From: Callorhinchus milii
Lineage: Eukaryota
Assembly (NCBI RefSeq): GCF_018977255.1
Contig: NW_024704759.1
Span: 8,246,001 to 8,310,000, forward strand
Direction of reading: 5' to 3'
DNA length: 64,000 nt
Shown here: piece by piece, positions 1-11,700 of the stretch
How the letters are laid out: every line of letters begins with the position of its first letter
Numbering within the stretch: position 1 is the stretch's first letter
Position numbers and translations under genes: made by a program
The notes under the pieces: model-generated
Database searches by the model: none
What the model saw: only the letters and a program-made list of their open reading frames with translations
Told to the model about the DNA's origin: nothing

Positions 1-160
1 GCTTTTCACGTCGGGAGGACGTCCCAAAGCGCTTCACAGAACACACTGTAAAGTGAATTGACTCTATATTTGTGGGCGAACGCGGCAGCCAATTGCGCAC
101 AGCAATGTCCCACAAACAGTCGTGGATTGAAAATGACCAATTTATTATTGTTTTGGTAGC
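1..160 (-). mobile_element. SINE fragment (same family)
   Basis: Near-identical to 13882-14040. Confidence 0.85.
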
Positions 161-607
161 CATTGAAAGCGTTGTCTGGCAAGCATTCCCTCTGCTTTTC
201 CAGTGAGGACTACTATACCAATTAGGGCTGGGGCCTGCAAGGTTAACAGGAACTCAATGTGAAAAATCCCTGGCCCTGGTGGCTGGTGTGCCCTTCCAAG
301 TCCTGCCAATGAATCTGGTTGGCTGGGTTTGAGCCCTCACTAGGTGAAATAAAGATACCAGGAGCTCCTTGAGAGCAACACAGCTCAGCATGAAATGTGT
401 GAGAACATTGCCACCATCTTCCTGCCCATAGCTCAGACACATATTCCTTCCCATTGAGCTGTAGTTCGATCAGTTAAAGGTGAGGAATGGCACAAGATTT
501 TACAATGTGTTTCAGTCCTGAATTCCCAGGTCCAGACGTATCTTCCAAACTTGCCTGCAAGATTCAAGCAAACTGCAAATGGATAAGATCAAACTAGTTA
601 GGACTAG

Positions 608-938
608 TGGAGTCCTGTAGTTCAGTGGTTAGAGCACTCGCTTTACAAGTGAGAGTCCTGAGTTCAATCCCAGGCAGGTCAGGGCCAAACCTTGGGCAAG
701 TTTCCTTACTCCACACAGAGCCTAATAATAATCCCTCCAAAACAAAAAACAATCATAAATCATTTTCAATCTACGACTGTTTGTGGGACATTGCTGTGCG
801 CAATTGGCTGTCGCGTTCGCCCACAAATATCCAGTCAATTCACTTTACAGTATATTCTGTGAAGCGCTTTGGGATGTCTAGAAGACGTGAAAAGTGCTAT
901 ATCAAATGCAAGGATTATTATTATTATGATGATTATTA
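608..938 (+). mobile_element. Full-length tRNA-derived SINE (chimaera SINE2-type, L2-like tail, (ATT)n end)
   Basis: Head GGAGTCCTGTAGTTCAGTGGTTAGAGC..GAGTTCAATCCC (A/B boxes); body gtgggacattgctgtgcgcaattggctg; tail aaatgcaaggattattatt. Confidence 0.9.
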
Positions 939-1189
939 GTTCTCGGACAGGTGTTTAAAATTCCTGTCCTGAACTTTGATTTTGTGTCCCTTCCCATCCT
1001 TCTCTACCTCGATCTCTGAGCTATTGTCTAACCCATCAAACAATAATTGAACATGTCAAAAGAAAAGGAATTTGGAAATTTGAACCAATACTGAGGGAGT
1101 GGTTCCATTAACAGGCAGTCTGAACTGCAAAAAAAGAGAAATGGACAAACCGGTTCCTCAAGATAAACTGCCTGGAGCATACTAACACT

Positions 1190-2631
1190 ACTAATAATAA
1201 TCCTTGCATTTCATATAGTGCTTTTAACACCTTCTAGACCTCTCAAAGAGCTTCACAGAATACAACAACAAGATTACATTTGTATAGCGCCTTTCACATC
1301 GAGAGGATGTCCCAAGGCACAGCATTTCAGACCAGAGCTGCGGTCAGAGGCGGGAGAAGGGAGGGGAGAGGAAGGCGGGTGGCCAATGGCATGGTTGAAG
1401 AGGAGGATTGGGGGCAGAGTGGCTGAAGGCTCTCCCGCCAATAGTGTGGCGGGTGGGTTGGGGGACGTGGAGCAGGCCGGAACTGGCTAAGCGGAGGGAA
1501 TGGGCAGGTTAGTAGGGGGTTAGGAGGTCACAGAGGTAGGGTGGGGTGAGGCCATGGAGGGCTTCGTATGTGAGGACCAGGATCATGAACTGGATCCTCT
1601 GAAGGATAGAGAGCCAGTGGAGTCGGGCGAGAGTGGGTGAGATGGGGTCATGGAGTTTGGTGCGGGAGAGGACACGGATTGCAGAGTTCTGGATTATCTA
1701 CAGCCTGTGGAGGGAGGAGTTAGGAAGGCTGCCAAGCAGAGTATTTGCACAGTCGAGCCTGGAGGTAATAAAGGCATGAACAAGAGTTTCAGTGACCTGA
1801 GGGGTGAGGTCAGGGGTTGTCACGGAGTGAGGGAAGGCAGAGCGGGTCATGGCTTGAATGTGGGGGAGAAAAGACAGTTGAGGGTCGAACAAGAAACTTA
1901 GGTTCCTGACTGGCTTGGTGAGTTGTAGTTGGCCCCCAGGGTGAGGATCAGAGCTCATCACCCCACCAGGGTGAGGGTCAAGTCTCATCAATGACGAGCG
2001 ACATACTCGCTGAACCGTGGCTGTTACCCCCAAAGCACACTCTGGGGGGGGTTAGTCCCATCAGGGAGAGAGTCCCCACTCCATGTCAGATGTAGTCACT
2101 CCACTGTACGTGTCATTTTTTTTTAAGCTCACGGGAAGCGAAATGCTTGGTCTATGCTTGATAAGTGAATCTCCGACTCTGCTCCAGGCTCCCCGGCTCA
2201 GGGAGACCTCGACTTCAAGCCCCAGGGCTCCCAACGCCCCAGCTTGTATCTGGCCGACCCACAGCCAGCCCCATGCGCCTCAAGGTCCGTGAATGCCTTG
2301 TGAACCCAGCCTCCTGACCATCGCCATCTTCAATAGACTGTAAAGTGAATTGACTGTATATTTGTGGGCGAAACGCAGCAGCCAATTGCACGCGGCAGCG
2401 TCCCATAAACAGTTGTGGATTGAGTGACCAAATTATAATTGTGTTGTTTTTGAGGGATTATCATCCCCCAAAAAGTGATCCACCCGTTAACTAACAACCG
2501 GCTCCCTACTTAATGCTTAGTAAACAGAGGCATGGGGATTAAGGAAACTTTCGCAATATTTAGGCTTGCTGGGGATAAAACTCAGGTCTCTCACTTGCGA
2601 GGCGAGTGTTTTAACCAGAGCTACAGGAGTC
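1190..2631 (-). mobile_element. SINE split by an L2-chimeric insertion (SINE parts 1190-1262 and 2332-2631)
   Basis: SINE consensus cacagaata|gactgtaaag is interrupted; aata is duplicated at both junctions. Confidence 0.8.
1263..1930 (-). mobile_element. L2-clade LINE 3' fragment
   Basis: VRNLSFLFDPQLSF..HAFITSRLD peptide; (TTG)n tail. Confidence 0.88.
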
Positions 2632-4132
2632 CAATGTGTACTAAAAGTACTGAGAGACACAAAACAGTATAATGTATGCTTTTCCCCCCTACAGCAGTTG
2701 ACGTGGTAACAAATTACCTTCATAGAAAATAATAATTGATTCAACAGATATCTTTTAAATCCCCCATTGCTCCAAGATTTTGGACCAACCCATGTCTTCC
2801 TATCTCATTGCATTGGGGTTTGTATGCCTTTATTGAGCCTGTTTGTATCCCTCTGTCTTGCCCCTTCCATCATGACCTTCAAAACCCACCTTAAGACCTA
2901 TCTTTTCCACCGGGGTTTCTGACAGCTTTCATGTAGGGAGGAAAAAATATCTCAAAGCTCTCCACCTCACTTGGAAGATAACAAACAAAATTCCTGAAAC
3001 AACTTAATAGAAATAATAATAAATAATAATAATTACATTTGATGTAGCGTTTTACATGTTGGGAAAACGTACTGTAAAGTGCATTTGGATGAAATACTGT
3101 AGCAGCCAATTAGCCCCGCAAACAGTTATGAAATAAGGAATCTATTTTATTTGGGGGATGGTTGGCCAGGATATCGAGAGAAACACTGGGAGAATGGTTT
3201 ATAAACTTTATGGAAATGTCAAAATAAGTAATCAAACCAAAACAAGTACAGTAATTCATCTGAAGAGGCATATTTCTCAAGTGGGGGAAAAGGATGGAAG
3301 AAACAGACATCTGAAATAGACAAGCAGTGAAATTGACAAGAAATGAAAGTGACGAAAGGTGAAAGTGACAAAAGGGTGAATGCCGTGGAGAAAAAACTCT
3401 TAAACAGACCCGAGCTGAAAACTGAAAGGGAGAGAATGAAAACGTGAGAGAAATACAAAGACACAACGACTGTAGATGGACTTAAAAATAATGAGTGAAA
3501 GGAAAGCTGGAGACAAAGCAACAAAGATAATTTTCCCAATAATGTAATTTGTGTTATTGGCTGTTTGAATTATTCATACAAAACCAGACAGGTGATAATT
3601 ATTGTTCTTTAATTTCCCAGCAGATCATGATTTGGAAAAAAAAATTAGAGCAGGTGTTACAGGGAGAGAATGCCGCAGGCACATTTGCTCCATTGTGAAG
3701 TACTTTGAAAGTTATTTTCTACATGAAAGGAGCACTGTACCGAACACATGTAAGATGTTTGCACTGCTCACTTATAGAGGGAGATTGCTTTGAGCGAGAT
3801 CTACTGGTAGAATTTTGATTATAAAATGTTCCACGATTTGGGTTTAAAACAAATTCGAGAGAGATGCAAGATCCAAACGTGGAAATTTCCATGTTGAGAC
3901 TTGATAGCAGCCCACGATAATGACTCTGCTATCCGACAGGGTAGTGCTTTAGGTCCTATCAACACAATAATATTGTTCACTTCGCATATCAATGTATTTC
4001 ACTCCGCAGTTGATTTCTCCATTTATATTTTTTGAAACCCCAAGCTTTAGAAATGTAGAACATATTACAGCGCAGAGACCCTCCATCAGATGACCGCATT
4101 CCACACTTGCCGTTCAGTATTCCTTTCTCATT

Positions 4133-4453
4133 GTAATAATCATCCTTGCATTTGATATAGTGCTTTTCACCTCTTCTCGACGTCTCAAAGCGCTTTACAA
4201 AATAGACTGTAAAGTGAATTGACTGCATATTTTGTGGAGAAATGCGGCAGCCAATTGCGCACAGCAGCGTCCCCACAAACAGTCGTGGACTGAAGTGACC
4301 AATCTTATTGTTGTTTTTCTTTTTTTCTCTCGAGGGATTATTATCAGGCGTGTGGGAGTAAGGAAACTTGCCCAAGGTTTTGCCCTGCCGGGAATCGAAC
4401 CCAGGTCTCTCGCTTGTGAGGTGAGTGCACTAACCACTGAGCTGCAGGACTCC
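4133..4453 (-). mobile_element. Full-length tRNA-derived SINE
   Basis: Reverse complement of head ggagtcctgcagctcagtggttag, plus family body and tail. Confidence 0.9.
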
Positions 4454-4968
4454 TACAGAAAAGGATTATTGCATTTCATTTGAACACTCTGAAAAAATAT
4501 CCATGACCCTCTTGAATAAACCACCTGTTAAACTTGACTAATGCCAAAAACAGTTGAGCAAATTCCAAAATAGTCAACTCCCCAGTAACCTAACTTTAAA
4601 AGCAAAGAGCCTAAGGTGAAACCCATAAGGCTTATACAGTTTAAACATCAATAATTTGGATCGGGTCCCATTTACTACAAACAAAGAACAATTTGGCTTC
4701 CATTTACTGATTGAAACTTGGCCTTTTTGTTTGTTTTGTATTGAACACACCTCTTCATTTCAAAACACCCTGCCTTGGAAAAGGTTGAACCAATTACAAA
4801 ACCACAAAAATGATCTGGGTGTTAAAAGCAGCCCAGTTGCTTGAAATATGCAAAAATAAATTTAAAATACTCACGCACACACTGGGTTTTCAGCAAAGCC
4901 ACTCCAATGTCAGATCAGTGCAACTTCAAAGAAATAATACCATTAACAGCAAATTAATCCAAAATTGC

Positions 4969-4974
4969 TTTATT
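4969..4974 (-). terminator. Candidate CCNDBP1 poly(A) signal AATAAA
   Basis: tttatt on + strand about 640 nt downstream of the stop, followed on the minus strand by U/GU-rich sequence. Confidence 0.5.
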
Positions 4975-5608
4975 TAATCACTATCGCAGTGACCATACAT
5001 TCAAGGATTTTCATGGAAATCTCATATTAAATCACTTTTGACTCAAACGCCAGACTAAAGCATATGGATTGAATTCCATAATACACTGAAGCAGGCATAC
5101 ATAGAGCACTGAAAGTCTTTTAGGGGAAATTCGTATTGAACTGCAGGCAGTTTTACTCTGTGGACTCGTGTCGACTGAATACTGGTCTGGGGCTGGACAA
5201 ACTCACTTCACATACGAGCCTGAAAGCCATCAGATTTTAAGCCCTTAAAATCCGGAGTGGTCGAAGACCAGGTCCCAGTGTCCTTACTAACTATTGCCTT
5301 TTGTTCCCAATTATATTCGGGGGTGGAATTGAAAAGTCGAGCCTTGTGTTAAAAGCTGAATTTACTGTTGAAAATTCTACTGCAGTTTTGAAAGCATTAA
5401 TGATCTTGCTAAATTCATAAATTCAGCAGTACATGCAAGCACTTCAGTATATCAACAGTAAATGGCCCCAGGATAGCACAGCAATGATAGTCGGATATAT
5501 TTAAACAAACAGTGGTAGCAGTAATCGCCATCATTCATTTGCTGCTCTTCTCTTTCCAGCCCAAGGATTTTCTGAACACAGCACTCGGCTGTAAACATCT
5601 CTTGTTGG

Positions 5609-5717
5609 TTAAATACTACCCTGCGTTAAATTCTTTACTTTGCCTATGTTGTGATCGATGGCTGCATTTAGAAATTCCACCCAGTTGGCCTCTGACTCAG
5701 AACACACATGACAGAAC
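5609..5717 (-). CDS. CCNDBP1: CCNDBP1 exon 11 (stop)
   Basis: [36 protein letters not shown]; TAA at 5611-5609. Confidence 0.93.
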
Positions 5718-8700
5718 CTGTAAGAACAGGAATAGGTGTTAATACCAAATGGAAACAGTTCAGCACATGAGAGTCCTGTAGAGTGTGTGACTTCCTGATT
5801 TTATTTTTAAAAACACACCTCAAGCTGCAGAACAATTAACATAGTTTATAATAGTCCTTGCGTTTGATATAGTGATTTTCACGTCTTCTAGGCGTCTCAA
5901 AGCTCTTCACAGAATATGCTGTAAAGTGAATTGACTGTATTTGTGGGCGAAATCCAATTCAACCTCAATGTTTCTTGCAGTACAAAGTGTTGGCATTAAA
6001 AATGGACCCAGGAATGAGTCGCTTTTCCTGCTCCCATATCATATACAGTATAAAGACCAGCATGGACCAGTTGAGCTGAATGATCCATTCCGATGCTATA
6101 TCACTCATTACATTAATAATAATCTTTTGCATTTGATATAGCTCCTTATCACGTTATTGCGACATTAAAGCACTTTTAGAGAATTTGTAATGCATCGTGC
6201 AGTGACTGTATTTTATAGACAAACCAATTTGCGCACAGCAATGACAAACAGTCATGACATGGAGTCCTGTAGCTTAGTGATTAGAGCGCTCGCCTCGCAA
6301 GTGAGAGGACCTGGCTTCAATTCCCGAGCAATGCAAAATGAGTACGTTTCCTTGTTCCTAGCAAGAAGTAGGAACCCGGTTGTTAAATCAATTGGCTTTT
6401 CTGGGGAGATTAATCTGAGAGTTTTCTGAGATTAATCTCTCAGAAAATAAATAAAAATAATAATTTGGTCACTCAATCCATGACTGTTTGGGGGACACTG
6501 CTGTGCACAATTGGCTACCGCGTTTACCCCACAAAATACACAGACAATTTACAGTATATTCTGTGAAGCGCTTTGAGACGTCTCGAAGACGTGATAAGGC
6601 TCTGTATCAATGCAACGATTATTATTATGAAACAATGTTGAGGATGGTGGGGGGGAAAGAGGGAAAAAAGGGTGCTGGAATGTTCAACTCAATTAAATAA
6701 TTGAATTAAACCATCTCAAAACAATCCTAAATTTCTCAGCGCTTCATCGAACTCACTTGGTTATTTCCAGAACTTTCTTCAGGATAGAAGCCAGATTTGC
6801 CGCCTGAAAACAAATATGCAAACGTTAAAGAATGGTTTAAAAATATAATTAAAGCAGCCAAAAGCACTGGGTGCAATCTTCTGGCAGAAATTCTACATTC
6901 TTGCTGTGTATCTGGTTGCAGGCGAGCACATCCTTTGCAATCAGCCATGACGGGCCTATAGTGCTGAATAGCACAGACACATAAGGTCCCACCTGCAATT
7001 TTCCATTCACTGAGTTAACAAGAAGTTGAGCAGGTAACCTTCGAGTACGTACAGGACGATGGCTTTGGGTAAGACCACTGTTTTGATGGTCCTTTCACTG
7101 TACGGAGGTGCTTCATCTCTGTGCTCAACAACTGTCAGAAAAACAAAACTAAACTCGAACCCAAAGTACAAGAGGTCACATTACATTTTTCCAAAGCACT
7201 GTGGTTCCTCAGACACACCGCCTAGAATTAAAACTATGGAGAAAGGGTACAAATTTTACCGCTGAACAGCTAAGTTACTTCAGCTGTTTTAATTGATTTG
7301 TTCATTCTCTTACAAGCTACTCAAGTACTCACGTTGAATCGTACTGCAGTGTGGCTCATTGGAGGATACAGACTTAAAGCCAAATCATCAATACTGAGGG
7401 AGGAAAGAAGTATTTCAGTTCATTGCTGCCCGATGAACAGGTATACAATAAATGGAATAACCATCACACAAATCAAGAGAACAATTGGGCTGGGCAGGTT
7501 CCACAGTTAGGTCTCATGTATGTAACAATTACATGAAACGTGTAACTGGATCACAACATAGGTTCAGATGAAATACCTTCAGCCCAGTTATCTTTACCAG
7601 AAGTGGCACGCTTATACGATCTACATTGGTAAGATATTGTCCCCTGCATCCTCTCACAGTACATTAAATTCCACTCTAACGTGTTACCCAGTCTAGAATC
7701 AAATACAACTTACCTGGGACTGATCTCATTGGTAACATCCGCTAAGTCATCCAGCTGTGCTATATGCTGCAAGTTGTCTGTCTTTCCGTGAGCTTTCACT
7801 GCACCAGAGACCTTTTTCAGACACGCTTTGGATGCCTTCATCAACCCTAAACAGGGAGCCATGACCTGCCGATCTGCCTCAGACCAGTAAGTATCCTGAT
7901 TTCCCCGCGCGTCTAAATCTCCATCATCTAAAATGTCACTGAATGGATCGGGATTATCTTCATGCTGAGCCTGTGAATTACAGAAAACAAACATGTCTCA
8001 TTCTCTAAGCAGCACAGGCAACGTGTTAATCCTTAAGCTTTACTGCAGTTGTGGTTCTTAAATGCGCATGTTCCAATGTCTATCAATGTGATATCAGCCA
8101 TAAAACTTATAGTCATAAATTAGTGGTCCTCTTCAAGTGATTATTCAATGAATTGTAAATGAGTCTCAGTCTCAATAACCACATGTGGTTTCATGATCAT
8201 GTGTTTCATGATCAAATAATTCTCCAGATCAAAATGTTTCTAACCTCTCTCAATTCTCGCAGGGACAACTCTGAGTCAATGTCTGTTTACACCTCCCCTC
8301 CTTCCCCTCATAAGCTATTCTCTCTCCATTAGTGTCCTGTGGAGTACTTGTTTATCTCAGTATACTTATCCCAAAATTCTTCTTCAATTATTCTTCAATA
8401 CTGTCCACACACACATAGCCTGCTCCACGTCTTCCGACCCACCCGCCCCACCATTGGCGGGAGAGCCTTCAGCCACTCTGCCCCAAACATCTGGAATTCC
8501 ATTCCCCAATCTCTCCGCCTCAGCCCCTCCTTAGCCTCCTTCAAGTTCTTCAAGTCCCGCGTCCAGACCTTCCTCTTCAACCATGCCATCGGCCACCCCC
8601 CTTCCCCTCCCCTCCCTTCTCCCCCCCTGACCCCAGCTCGGGTCTGAAGTGCTGTACACTGTCCTGCGCCTTGAGAAGTCCTCACGACATGAAAGGCACT

Positions 8701-11700
8701 ATACAAATGTAATTTGGATGTTTAAATTAATCCAGGGGATAACCAAGAGTGAAAAAACATTATCCAAATGTTGACCATATCTGTAATTTACCACAACATT
8801 TGAAAGTCTCTATTTCAGGTGAAAAAATTACATGTCTGAATGCGATCAAAGTAATCTCATCCATCAATTTATTAACAAAGGAGCTCAAAACAACTATAGA
8901 TTTTGACTTTGTGATAATGTTTTCTAACATCCGGCTAACTTCTTCCACAAATGGCTTTTCCTCCACTCCCCGCACTTTCCACAAACGGTTTTTCCTCCAC
9001 CTCCCGCACTGTCTCGTGCGGTGTCCCTCAGGGCTCTGTCCTCAGTCCCCTTCTCTTCACCCTCTATATGCTCCCCCTTAGTGACATCATCCGCAGACAT
9101 GGGGTTAACTTCCACATGTATGCGGATGACTCCCAACTCTACCTTTCCTCCTCTCCCCTCAACTCCACGACCACCGATGTCCTGGTGGCCTCAGCGCCTC
9201 CGCACCGGCATCAGCATCAGCATCCAAGGCTGCACTCTCCACCTCTCAAAGCCGTCAGGAACCTCGGGGTTCTGTTCGACCCTGAGTTGTCCTTTCTTCC
9301 CCACATCCGCGCCATAACTGGCACCGCCTTCCATCACCTCCAGAACATCGCCAGACTACGGCACTACCTCACCCCTCACGCTGCTGAAACTCTGGTCCAC
9401 ACCTTTATCACCTCAAGGCTGGACTATGGGAACTCTCTCCTCGCCGGCCTTCCCGGCACCTCCCTCCACACTGCAGGTCATTCAGAACTCTGCAGCTCGT
9501 GTACTGTCCCGCACCAGACACCGCGACCACATCACTCCCACCCTCGCTCGCCTCCACTGGCTCCCCATTCCCCCAGAGGATCGATTTCAAGGTCCTCATC
9601 CTCACCTATAAGACCATTCACGGCCTCGCTCCCTCCTACCTCTCTGACCTACTATCCCCCTGCCTACCCGCCCATACCCTCCGTTCCTCTGGCTCCGGTC
9701 TGCTCCACATCCCCCGCCCCAACCGCCCTACCATCGGTGGCCGGGCCTTCAGCCTCTCAGCCCCGAGGCTCTGGAACTCTATCCCCCAGTGCCTTCGCCG
9801 CCTCCTCCCTTTCCTCCTTCAAGGCCGGTCTCAAGACCTTTCTCTTTGACCGAGCCTTCAGCTCCCCTCTCAACTCTCTACCCCCTCCACGTTCCCTCCC
9901 TTCCCTCCCCTCACCCTGACCATTTCCCCCCTGCTCGGGTCCTGACCCAACTGTCCAGCGCTTTGGGACATCCTCCTGACGTGAAAGGCGCTCTATAAAT
10001 GGAATCTTGTTGTTGTTGTTGTTCTTGATCTTTCATCTTCACAAGGAACAAATAACAACCCTTGCATTTGATATGGGGCCGTTCACATCGGGAGGATGTC
10101 TCAAAGTACTTCATAAGATTTACTGTAAAATGTGACTGTGTATTTTTTGGCGGAAGCAAATATAATTATGGAGCATCAGTGCAGTGGTGAAGTTGATCCA
10201 TACCAAATTAAACACTATCAGGGCATTGCAGCAATGGTTACAGCACCACAGAGTGGCAAAATACAGCTACTACAATAAGTGGTTAAGTCAGTGAATGATG
10301 TCCAGATCAACTCGCAGTTATATTATCCTAAATGTGATACACTGAAGGCATCAACACACAGGTACAATAGTGGAGCATAGGCTGAAATGCCTACTCTTCT
10401 CAAAGTGCTACTCTTGTGAGACACCAAGTAGCAAACATCTGAATCTCTATGGGAAAGCAAGAGCCAGATGGAACGACGACCACAGATTGGTCTGGACACC
10501 TGATAACCAGACCACAGCATGTGAAAAAGAGAATAGACAGCTCAGATTTAAATTACTCAACACATAATTGAATAAACAGAACACACCGCCCAGGAAGACG
10601 AGAAGATTGGCAGTGGGAACCAATCTGAGAGCAAGCTGGAGCAACCTTTTGTTTTTACCTGTTCCATTTCCTCCAAAGCATCTTTTACAACGGAAGCATA
10701 GGACGACATTACGGATAAAACAGCTGCCTTGTTATCTGTGGGACACAAGGACAAATCGGATATCAATTGCGTCTCACACTTGGCTAGATCAACCAAAAAG
10801 CGAATTGATTACAACTGATAAAAGTAACAGCCCAAAAAAAAGTTACAAGAGTAATTCACAGAAAAAGGAACAAAAGCACATAACGTACATACGGACCACA
10901 GTGAAATCAAACTATTATAGGAGCTCTGTGAAAACTCTGCAAACATTTAGATTCTTGGGGGTAAATTCCTTCTGTTATTACTCGTAAACAGTTGAAGGTT
11001 GTTTCTGATAGAGACAAGGAATATGGATTCCCAATAAAGAAATTGTGATAAGGTCAATATCTTGATTAGTTAACTCCAAGTTGGAGTTCATAATTTGCCA
11101 GTAATTCAACCACAGGTAGAGCTGTTAGTCAATTACTGGCACAGACCTATTTTTAATGATTCATTTACCAAACTTTAATAAAAGGAACACTGGGATCTTG
11201 AATTTATTTGCTATTTATTTGCAATATTTTATTTGCATTTTCCTCTGTTTTTACATTCATAATTACAAAATAATTTCTCATCTGAGAGATGCATAGCGAG
11301 CACCTTTCGAAATTTACACATTCACGCCACCTTTTGGTATCCGAGTAAATTGATCGCAAGCTTCCCAAACTCCACCAGTGGACATCAGCTGGTCCTGTGA
11401 CAAACTGAAACCAAATAAAGTGCCAATGTAACAGACCAATAGAAATTCAAACATCCTGGATTGCACAAACAAAAAACACGATCGCAGCAAAGGACTAATG
11501 ACACGAGTAGCATTTCACTAAAACAAAAAGGCAGCCCTCAGAATACATCCTGACACAAAATGGCACAAAAATATATAAATAACTGATCGCAATGGTGTTT
11601 CGCCTCCAACAGAATTTAGTTGAGTTTTACCATGTCAGTTTTCCTCTGTAATAATGGCTAAATCTCTTTTTTGATAGCAAATTGCATCTGACCTTCAAGT

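Noticed and set aside
608-680. tRNA-like sequences (also at about 4385-4453, 14100-14170 and 62021-62080)
   Set aside because: They are SINE heads running into SINE bodies, with no proper acceptor stem or Pol III terminator
3824-3888. Imperfect inverted repeat aaatgttccacgatttgg...ccaaacgtggaaattt
   Set aside because: Short, bulged and single-copy, with no TSD or miRNA-like support
10288-10347. C/D-box-like motifs (atgatg...ctga)
   Set aside because: Opposite strand to the host gene, imperfect C box and no recognisable guide
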